Shown here: one piece after another, positions 46,664-54,167 of the stretch
How positions within the stretch are numbered: the first letter of the stretch is position 1
How the letters are laid out: every line of letters begins with the position of its first letter
Assembly (NCBI GenBank): GCA_964457485.1
Contig: CAYWFO010000001.1
Coordinates: 6,755-70,754 of the forward strand
DNA: 64,000 bases
Source: an uncultured Haloferacaceae archaeon
GTDB taxonomy: Archaea; Halobacteriota; Halobacteria; Halobacteriales; Haloferacaceae
Direction: 5' to 3'
Program-made: the position numbers and the translations under genes
Notes under the pieces: model-generated
Databases searched by the model: none
What the model was told of the DNA's origin: nothing
The model's input: the letters and a program-made list of their open reading frames with translations, nothing else

Positions 46664-47424
46664 CAGCCGCAGCCGACGCGTCGCCGACCGGTGGACGCTG
46701 GCGGCCCTTCGCGGTGGCAACGCTCTGTGGACTGGCTGCGGTCGCCGGCGCGCTCGTGGCGCTTTCGAGGGTCGACGACGTTGTGCTGACAGAACGGGTC
46801 GTTGGCGTCCTCGCCGGCACGTTCATTGTGTTTGTCGCCATCGTTGGCTGGACGGTTACGTCTGCAACCCGGCAGGCGGGCCCACAGCGGCTCACCGTGG
46901 CGACCTGGGTCACGCTCGGCCGTGGCTGGGCGCTCGTGCTGTTTGCGGGCATCGTCGCGCTCGCGCCGACCGAAACTCGGCTTCAGTGGCTTGCGGCGGG
47001 GTTATTTCTCGTCGCTGCGGTGGGCGACGCCGCCGATGGGGCGCTGGCTCGTCGAACCGAGACGGTTTCGGAACTTGGAGCACGCCTCGACACGGAAACC
47101 GATGCGCTCGTTGTGCTCGTCGGCACGCTCGCGGTGGTCGGTCTCCGGTCGGTTCCCGGTGTCTTTGTGCTGGTTGGGCTCGCGCGCTACGGCTTCGTTG
47201 CGGCCGCCGGGCTCCGGCGACGCCGCGACCAGCCGATCTACGACCTCGAAGCGAACCGCTACCGCAAGTTCACGGGCGCAACGATCATGGGAACCATCGC
47301 GCTCGGGTTGGTTCCGGTCGTCGATCCAGCCGTCTCTCGCGCGGTTGGCTGGCTCGTCACCGTCCCGATTCTCACACATTTCATCTGGGACTATCTCGGT
47401 ATCACCGGCCGTCGTCCCGGCTGA
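46660..47424 (+). CDS. CDP-alcohol phosphatidyltransferase (second paralogue)
   Basis: Motif DGALARRTETVSELGARLDTETD equals D-G-x2-A-R-x8-G-x3-D-x3-D. Multi-TM. Confidence 0.85.
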   Translation: MTAAADASPTGGRWRPFAVATLCGLAAVAGALVALSRVDDVVLTERVVGVLAGTFIVFVAIVGWTVTSATRQAGPQRLTVATWVTLGRGWALVLFAGIVALAPTETRLQWLAAGLFLVAAVGDAADGALARRTETVSELGARLDTETDALVVLVGTLAVVGLRSVPGVFVLVGLARYGFVAAAGLRRRRDQPIYDLEANRYRKFTGATIMGTIALGLVPVVDPAVSRAVGWLVTVPILTHFIWDYLGITGRRPG

Positions 47425-47513
47425 GCCGTGTTTTCCGGCTACTTCTTCGGAGATCCGGCTGATCCGGCGTCGACTCGCCGGAACGTTCATTCGGTCGCCG
47501 GTACGACACCATC

Positions 47514-48287
47514 GTGATGACGACAGGCGACGAGCCCACGCGACACGCAGTCGGGGCGGGCGGCGAGTACATCGTTGGCGACGCCATTGTCCACCTCGCC
47601 GAGAACAAGGGGGCCGCGGCGATCGTTCTCGACGATGCGTGGGCGCGTCCCGGTCGACGCGAGCAGACGAGTGTGAGCTACCAGCTCCATCCGTTTGATG
47701 AGAACCAGCCGGCCGAGGGCGAACAGGTGACTGACGCGCTGACGACAACCCAGATTATCGATGCCTGTTACGACGCGCTCGCGCCTGGCGGCTGGCTCAT
47801 CGCCGACGTCGACGACTGGTTGTTGGCTCGGCTCGTTTCGTATCTCCGCAAAACGTGGGGTGATGCGACCGAACAACACGAGGGCGGCGGCTTTCGGCGG
47901 GTCGGCAGCGTGACGTATCTCACTGACGCGGGCGAACCCGACCGCGACACACATGGCCCGTTTCTCTCGACGGGCGGCTACAGCGTCGTCTTCGCGCACA
48001 AGGGCCCGACCGACCGCCGAACGAACGTATCGGCCAGACAGGTCGCCCGGTGGCCGACCGAAACCTACGGCCGCGGCGGCCGCGCCAAACCGGTCGGCCC
48101 GTACGAGGCGTGGCTGTCCGGCCTCGTTGACCCCGGCGAACTCGTGGTCGTTCCCTGTGCGGGCACTGCACCTGCGGCGATTGCGGCGCAACGACTGTTC
48201 GGCGATGAGGCCCGGTTCGTGTGTATCGATATCGAGCCGGCGGCCTACGAGGGGTTCGCCGCTCGGTACGACCAACAGGTCGAGTGA
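47514..48287 (+). CDS. N6/N4-DNA-methyltransferase-fold protein with degenerate catalytic and SAM motifs
   Basis: The layout parallels PF01555-type beta-class MTases: GDAIVHLAE..AAAIVLDDAWARP where S/D-P-P-Y is expected, ALAPGGWLIADVDDW, then AKPVGPYEAWLSGLVDPGELVVVPCAGTAPAAIAA where DPF-GSGTT is expected. Confidence 0.6.
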   Translation: MMTTGDEPTRHAVGAGGEYIVGDAIVHLAENKGAAAIVLDDAWARPGRREQTSVSYQLHPFDENQPAEGEQVTDALTTTQIIDACYDALAPGGWLIADVDDWLLARLVSYLRKTWGDATEQHEGGGFRRVGSVTYLTDAGEPDRDTHGPFLSTGGYSVVFAHKGPTDRRTNVSARQVARWPTETYGRGGRAKPVGPYEAWLSGLVDPGELVVVPCAGTAPAAIAAQRLFGDEARFVCIDIEPAAYEGFAARYDQQVE

Positions 48288-48325
48288 GCCGCGGATTTAA
48301 GCAACGCTCGCGTCTACCGTAACTC

Positions 48326-48703
48326 ATGTACGCGGTCTCCGTGTCGCGCAGTTTTGTCGCACAGCACTTTTTGACCGTGCCCGATCCGGGGCCCGAGGGC
48401 GAGTTGCACTCACACCACTTCACAGTCACCGCAACGTACCGTGGCCCACAACTCAATGCGTACGGCTATCTCGTCGACATCGACGCCGTTATCGAGGCGC
48501 TGGAGGCGACCGTCTCTTCGTTTCGTGACGAAACGCTCAACGACCTGTCGCTGTTCGAAGACAAAAACCCGAGCGCGGAGCATTTCGCACGGATTTTCGG
48601 CGACCGCCTGACCGACCGACTGCGTCCGCCGGGCGCGACACAGCTCGAAATCGCCATCCAAGAGGACGAGGTGGCAACGGTGACACACGAACGGTCGCTG
48701 TGA
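48326..48703 (+). CDS. 6-pyruvoyl-tetrahydropterin synthase/QueD-fold (COG0720) protein, Glu in place of catalytic Cys
   Basis: 125 aa with Zn-ligand histidines FVAQH14F and ELH28SH30H. The QueD-type C-x3-H-x-H motif reads E24-G-E-L-H-S-H. Confidence 0.8.
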   Translation: MYAVSVSRSFVAQHFLTVPDPGPEGELHSHHFTVTATYRGPQLNAYGYLVDIDAVIEALEATVSSFRDETLNDLSLFEDKNPSAEHFARIFGDRLTDRLRPPGATQLEIAIQEDEVATVTHERSL

Positions 48704-49836
48704 CTCACCATCCTCCCGACGAGCCGCTTCACATCGGCCTTGTCGTCTACGGCGACCTGTCGACTGCATCCGGCGGGTTTCGCTACGACCGAAAGCTCGT
48801 CGAGTTTCTTCGTCGTCGCGGAGACTGGGTCGACGTGATTTCGCTGCCTTGGCGGTCGTATTCGCGGAACGTCGCCCGCGGGCTGCTGCCCTCAGTTCGC
48901 ACGCGGTTGGATCGGCAGGTGGATGCGCTCGTTGTCGACGGGCTCTGTCACTCCGCGCTGTGGCGACACGGTGGCCGCCTCAGCGAGCCGCGCGCGGTTG
49001 TCGGCTTGCTCCATCACATCCAGTCGGACGATCCGACCGAGCGGTTCGGCCGATTTTTCGAACCGTTCGAGCGACGGTTTCTCCGCGGGCTCGACGCGAC
49101 GATTGCGACCAGCGAGTTCACCCAGCAGCGTGCGGCCCGGCTTGCGCCGACCGTGACCGATCAGCCGGCACTCGTTGCGCCACCCGGTGGGCGTCTGTCA
49201 GTTCGCGACCGAAACAACACCGAAACCACTGAAACCACCGAAGCCATCAAAAAACCACCGCGAAAACCGGGCGAGCCGTTCGAACTGCTGTTTGTCGGAA
49301 GCGTCGTCTCCCGGAAGGATCCCAAGGCGTTGCTTTCGGCGGTTAGCTCGGCTCGCGAGCAGTTGGGCGACTGGCGGCTCACCGTTATCGGCAGCCGAAC
49401 GGCCGACCCAGCGTACGCCAACTCCGTCGTTGCGTACGCCGAGTCGCTCGGCATCGCAGACCGGGTGACGTTCGCCGGTGAGGTGTCGAGACCAACAGTT
49501 GAGGCGGCGTTCGAGCGAAGTCACGTCTGTTGTGTTCCCTCCCGATACGAGGGGTTCGGCATGGTGTATCTCGAGGCGATGGAGTACGGTGTGGTGCCGA
49601 TTGCAAGCGCCCGCGGCGGTGCGAGCGAGTTCATCGAACACGGACGAAGCGGATTTCTGGTCGAACCAGGCGACTCCGCGACGATTGCGGATTCACTCAC
49701 CGCGCTGGCGACCGATTCCGACCGACTGGCGACGATGAGTCAGCGCGCTCGCACAGCGGCTGTCGCCCACCCACCCTGGGACGAAACGCTCGAAGAAGTC
49801 CGTTCGTTTCTCTCCCGCGTCGTCGACACGGCGTGA
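48700..49836 (+). CDS. GT4-family (GT-B, group 1) glycosyltransferase
   Basis: The GTG start overlaps the upstream stop (GTGA). E-x7-E motif EGFGMVYLEAME. Typical group-1 C-terminal domain. Confidence 0.85.
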   Translation: MTHHPPDEPLHIGLVVYGDLSTASGGFRYDRKLVEFLRRRGDWVDVISLPWRSYSRNVARGLLPSVRTRLDRQVDALVVDGLCHSALWRHGGRLSEPRAVVGLLHHIQSDDPTERFGRFFEPFERRFLRGLDATIATSEFTQQRAARLAPTVTDQPALVAPPGGRLSVRDRNNTETTETTEAIKKPPRKPGEPFELLFVGSVVSRKDPKALLSAVSSAREQLGDWRLTVIGSRTADPAYANSVVAYAESLGIADRVTFAGEVSRPTVEAAFERSHVCCVPSRYEGFGMVYLEAMEYGVVPIASARGGASEFIEHGRSGFLVEPGDSATIADSLTALATDSDRLATMSQRARTAAVAHPPWDETLEEVRSFLSRVVDTA

Positions 49837-49911
49837 GAACGCGGCGAACCCGACGGGTTGGACAGCATCAAAACCCGGAACCGATTTGACCGCGAGCCCA
49901 TTCATATCTGT

Positions 49912-50700
49912 ATGGACGACCGGCATCGACTCACAGTCGGTCTCGTTGTCGGCTCGCTGCTGGTTCTCAGTGGCTTCGCTCCCCATCCGATACTCGCCTC
50001 GCCGTACGAGACGAGCGAGCCCGCGCCGTACCTTCACCAAGCGGTTTCAGCAGATGACAGCCAGTTCGACCAACTGGTTGCGCTCTACGGATTCGATCGA
50101 GAGAACGCGATCGCTATCGAGGAGCTGTCGCCGGCGGCGCAAACCGCCGTTGAGCGGACGCTGGCCGACGATGCCGCCGCTGGCGAGTGGCGGCGGTACG
50201 AACTTCCCGTCTGTGCGACCGGCATGCTCGCGTGCGACACGGTTCGCGAACCGCCGAGCGAGTTCCACTACGGTGAAGGAACCCCCGACGAGGTTTTCAC
50301 CATCATCGACGTTGACGGCGACCGATATCTCCTCCAGACAGGTGTTCAGACCGACGCGCGAACCGGTGTCGACCTCCGCAGCCAACCGGTGTCGACGTTC
50401 GCGTGGCTGTTCGGGCTGCTTCCGTTCGGCGCGCTCGTCATTGCGAGCCACGTCATCGGCCGGGCGACCGGCGAGCGCCGCGTGGCCGACGTGCTGACTG
50501 CCGGCGGTGCGGGGCTGCTTGCGCTGGGCATTGCGGTGCCCTACCTCACCGTATTTGGCGTTCTCACCTACGACGACGTTGCGATCGACCTCCTCATCGT
50601 CGCCGTCGGGATGGCCGTTCTCGCGGCGGGCGGGCTGGTATACCAGACCGTCCAGTACGCAAAAACAACCGAGAGCGCGAAACGCCGACGTGGAACGTAA
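49912..50700 (+). CDS. hypothetical membrane-anchored protein
   Basis: Start at MDDRHRL (49912). N-terminal TM or signal anchor, soluble middle domain, then three C-terminal TM helices. No family recognised. Confidence 0.55.
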   Translation: MDDRHRLTVGLVVGSLLVLSGFAPHPILASPYETSEPAPYLHQAVSADDSQFDQLVALYGFDRENAIAIEELSPAAQTAVERTLADDAAAGEWRRYELPVCATGMLACDTVREPPSEFHYGEGTPDEVFTIIDVDGDRYLLQTGVQTDARTGVDLRSQPVSTFAWLFGLLPFGALVIASHVIGRATGERRVADVLTAGGAGLLALGIAVPYLTVFGVLTYDDVAIDLLIVAVGMAVLAAGGLVYQTVQYAKTTESAKRRRGT

Positions 50701-50825
50701 GCGCTGTTGGATTTGGGGCTCAGCACGGAACGCCACGCATCATTCACCACTGCTGTTGCTCATCGGACAAAAATGAAAGGAAGATTGGAGTCGTCCGTGG
50801 GTGTAACTGTAGGTCGGAAACCGAC

Positions 50826-51020
50826 TTACAGGCGGGTGACGTTCGTCGCCCGCGGGCCCTTTGGGGACTGTTCGATGTCGAACTCGACGTCCTGGCCCTC
50901 TTCGAGGTCCGGGCCGCCAACGTCTTCCATGTGGAAGAAGACGTCGTCGTCAGCATCGTCAGTGTCAATAAATCCGTAGCCGCCAGTGTCGTTGAAGAAG
51001 TCAACCGATCCGTTTGCCAT
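50826..51020 (-). CDS. cold-shock domain protein
   Basis: MANGSVDFFNDTGGYGFIDTDDADDDVFFHMEDV... contains the CSD RNP1-like GYGFI motif. 64 aa. Confidence 0.9.
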   Translation of the reverse strand: MANGSVDFFNDTGGYGFIDTDDADDDVFFHMEDVGGPDLEEGQDVEFDIEQSPKGPRATNVTRL

Positions 51021-51109
51021 TGCCTTTGTCTGAACCGCCGCTGACCGGATAAGGGTTGTGAGACGCGCTTCTCGCGAGAAATGGGTCAAAGCGGTCTCAA
51101 GCCGTCCGA

Positions 51110-52039
51110 TTACGCCGTTTCGAACGCTTCGAGCAGCGGCGGGACGACCTGTCGTTTTCGCGAGAGCAAGCCGTCGACAAATCCATCATCGACCGACAGG
51201 TCGACATCGAGCGCATTCTCGTACGCCGAGATGTCGTCGGAGACGACGAGCACGTAGCTGCCCTCCTGTGGAATGTCGGTGACGAGAAGGACGACGCCGT
51301 GGTAGTCGCCCTCGGTTTTGAGCGACTCCATCGCCGCGACATACTCGGCACGGTCTGCGAGAATGGACTCGCCGTCGGCGACCTCCATCTGGCCGATGGC
51401 GATCTCGCCCTTGCCCGAATCGTACAGCTTGAGATCGCCCCGCAGCGCCTCGTCCGCCGGGAGCTCACCCACGGTCGATTTGGCTGCAAACTGGTCGCGA
51501 CCGAACTCGTCGATGTCGACGCCGACCGTCTCGGCGAGTTCGCGTGCGGCCGCCTCGTCGCGGTCGGTACACGTCGGCGAGGAGAGCAACATCGTATCCG
51601 ACAAAATCGCGCCGAGCATCAGCCCCTGCACGTCCGCGGGGAGGTCGATTCCGCGGTCGTCGGCGAGTTCGTGAATGAGCGTTGCCGTACAGCCGACCGT
51701 GTCGGCGAAGTAGAAGGCGGGTCGCGAGCTTTCGATATCGCCGATTCGGTGGTGGTCGATGATGCCGCGAATCTGGTCGGGCGAGAGATCGTTCGGTGCC
51801 TGGTCGACTTCGCTGTGATCGACCAAAATGACGTTGCCCTCGGGAACCGACCGTCGCTCTTCGGGCAGCTCGACGTCAAAATACTCAAGAAGGAATGCTG
51901 TTTCGGCGTTCGGCTGACCCTGTATGAGCGGCGTTGCCTCCACGCCCTCCTCGCGTTTGAACGCCGCGAAGGCGATTGCCGAGCAGATGCTATCGGAGTC
52001 GGGCCGTGTGTGGCCGACAACGTAGGTTTGATCGTCCAT
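51110..52039 (-). CDS. ppaC: manganese-dependent inorganic pyrophosphatase (family II, DHH)
   Basis: VVGHTRPDSDSICSAIAF...LVDHSE...IIDHHRIGD...GCTATL are DHH/DHHA2 motifs. 309 aa. Confidence 0.9.
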   Translation of the reverse strand: MDDQTYVVGHTRPDSDSICSAIAFAAFKREEGVEATPLIQGQPNAETAFLLEYFDVELPEERRSVPEGNVILVDHSEVDQAPNDLSPDQIRGIIDHHRIGDIESSRPAFYFADTVGCTATLIHELADDRGIDLPADVQGLMLGAILSDTMLLSSPTCTDRDEAAARELAETVGVDIDEFGRDQFAAKSTVGELPADEALRGDLKLYDSGKGEIAIGQMEVADGESILADRAEYVAAMESLKTEGDYHGVVLLVTDIPQEGSYVLVVSDDISAYENALDVDLSVDDGFVDGLLSRKRQVVPPLLEAFETA

Positions 52040-52060
52040 ATCGCCGAAAAGACGTGCGTG

Positions 52061-53446
52061 CTAAAAGGCCCTGTTGGAATCCGTCCGCCGGGTAATCGTT
52101 GCCGGAATCGGCCCGCCGGGGCGCAACGTCGGCGTCGCCCGCAGGTCGGCAAGGGCGTTCTCGTCGACATCGACAGCAAACGAACGAACGATCGCGGCCA
52201 GAACGAGACGCGCACCCGTGACCGAGAACTGCCGGCCGATGCAGGCGTGGGGGCCGCTGCTGAAGGGGAAGTAGGCGGGAACCGACTGGGGCGAGCGGTC
52301 GATCCAGCGGTCAGGATCAAACTCATCCGGCGAATCAAAGTACCGCTCGTCGCGGTGAATCGACCACTGCGGCATCACCACCGCCGAACCCTCTGGAACG
52401 CGGTAGTCGCCGAGGCGCACGTCGGCGCTCGCCTGTCGGAACACGGCCCACGCCGCCGGGTAGCGCCGAAGCGCCTCGGTAAACACGCGCCCCGTATAGT
52501 CGAGGCCGTCGACGTGTTCGTACGTCGGCGTGTCGTCACCGAGAACCGACTCGACCTCCGCGCGAACCCGGTCGCGAACGTCGGGGTGCCACGCGAGCAA
52601 ACTCTGGGTGTAGGTCAACGACAGCGCGGTCGTCTCGTGGCCCGCAATCAGGAACGTCGCCACCTCGTCGCGAATCTGGTTTTCGGGATACTCGACGTCT
52701 GGATCGCTTTCGGCGCGAATGAGCAACGAGAGCATGTCCTTCGGTGGTTCCGCCTCCTCGTCGTCGCGTCCGGCGAGGTCGTCTCGGCGGCGTTCAATGA
52801 GTTCCTCAGCGAGTCCGAGAATGCCGTCTGCGGCCTCGCGAAACGCGGGGTCGGTTCTGGTCGGCACCCACTCGGGGCTCACCGCGTCGAGGCCGAACTC
52901 GAACTCGTCGCCGGCGACGGCCATCCACTCGTGGAACTGCTCGGCGCGCTCGCGGCCGATATCCTCGCCGAGCAGGATTTCGGAGGCGACTCGGACGGTG
53001 AGCGCCGTCATCTCGCCGTGGAGATCACGTTCGAGCGTTCCGTCGTCGGTCGCGTCGAGTGCCGCGTTCCACTCGTCGACGAGCGTTTCGACACGCCGTC
53101 CGACGGTGTTGGCGTAGGCGCGAACGCGCGGGCCCATGAACGCCGGTCCCATGATCGAGCGCTGTTGTCGCCAGAGGTCGCCGTCGCTCTGGACGAGTCC
53201 GTTTTCCGAGATGAGTGCTGCCGGTCCGGTCGCCGGGACGCGGCCGAACTCGGCGGGCCGACTCAGTGCGTCGTGGACGAGATCCGGATTGGTGACAATG
53301 ACCAGCGGGGCGCGGCCGGGAATCGGAACGGCGACCGCGTCGTCGAACCGTGCCTGCATTGTTTCAATAAATCGGAACGTGTTGTCGCCGAACCGAAGGG
53401 CGTTCCGCAGCCCCGATTCGGGCGGGTTCGGCAGGTCGTGTTGCAT
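52061..53446 (-). CDS. cytochrome P450
   Basis: Heme-binding loop FSSGPHACIGRQF, I-helix AGHETT and EALRRYP (ExxR). Start at MQHDLPN (53446). Confidence 0.9.
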   Translation of the reverse strand: MQHDLPNPPESGLRNALRFGDNTFRFIETMQARFDDAVAVPIPGRAPLVIVTNPDLVHDALSRPAEFGRVPATGPAALISENGLVQSDGDLWRQQRSIMGPAFMGPRVRAYANTVGRRVETLVDEWNAALDATDDGTLERDLHGEMTALTVRVASEILLGEDIGRERAEQFHEWMAVAGDEFEFGLDAVSPEWVPTRTDPAFREAADGILGLAEELIERRRDDLAGRDDEEAEPPKDMLSLLIRAESDPDVEYPENQIRDEVATFLIAGHETTALSLTYTQSLLAWHPDVRDRVRAEVESVLGDDTPTYEHVDGLDYTGRVFTEALRRYPAAWAVFRQASADVRLGDYRVPEGSAVVMPQWSIHRDERYFDSPDEFDPDRWIDRSPQSVPAYFPFSSGPHACIGRQFSVTGARLVLAAIVRSFAVDVDENALADLRATPTLRPGGPIPATITRRTDSNRAF

Positions 53447-53598
53447 GTGTGCGGTAGGAGATGCGTCGGCTTGTAGGTTGGGCTGGGTTGCCGGCAGGTG
53501 GCTGGCCGACGCGTGGTTGGCTGGCCGACGAATCCGGCGTGCTGACGGGGCGATTGGGAGCACCGGTTTTTATGCGACCACCTGACCTCTGTTCGTGC

Positions 53599-54039
53599 AT
53601 GTACGACGCAATTTTGGTGCCAACCGACGGCAGTGAGACGATCGACGGTACGCTTTCGCACGCCATCCGGATGGCCAGTGACACCGGGGCGACGATTCAG
53701 GCACTCTTCGTCGTCGACACGCGCGTGATTCACGCTACCTCCGGCGAGTTGCGCGAAACCCTCGCCGACGACCTGGCCGAACAGGGAACGGCGGCCGTCG
53801 AACACGTCGCCGACCGCGCTGAAGAGGCGGGGTTGGAGGTCGAAACCGCGGTACGGAAGGGAACTCCCGACAAGGAAATTATCACCTATGCTGACGAACA
53901 CGACACGGACGTCATCGTAATCGGCACGCACGGCAAAACCCCGCGCGAAAAGCTCCAGTCGCTCGGCAGCGTCTCCGAGCGCGTGGTCGACACCGCCGAA
54001 ATTCCGGTGTTCGTCATCAAAAATGCGGCCGACGCCTGA
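53599..54039 (+). CDS. universal stress protein (UspA family)
   Basis: MYDAILVPTDGSE...VIVIGTHGKT...LGSVSERVVDTAEIPVFVIK. Start at 53599 inside track ORF 53461-54039. Confidence 0.9.
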   Translation: MYDAILVPTDGSETIDGTLSHAIRMASDTGATIQALFVVDTRVIHATSGELRETLADDLAEQGTAAVEHVADRAEEAGLEVETAVRKGTPDKEIITYADEHDTDVIVIGTHGKTPREKLQSLGSVSERVVDTAEIPVFVIKNAADA

Positions 54040-54167
54040 ACCGTGCTGTCGACACCGCTGTCCGATCCCGCGTTGCGGTGGCACGACAGTCAGTCGTGAG
54101 CGACACGCTTAACCGCCAAACCGCGTGAACAAGGGATAATGAACCGTCTGCGACCGGAGGAATCGAC

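Noticed and set aside
47514-48287. Methyltransferase as part of a restriction-modification or phage-defence module
   Set aside because: No endonuclease, specificity, helicase or phage-like genes are adjacent. The catalytic and SAM motifs are degenerate, and the gene sits inside a glyco/lipid operon.
51299-53476. 725-aa plus-strand ORF, the longest in the track
   Set aside because: It is antisense to the family II pyrophosphatase and the P450, both of which have unmistakable motifs on the minus strand. Its own sequence is Arg/Gly/Val-rich with no motif. This is the typical shadow ORF of high-G+C DNA.
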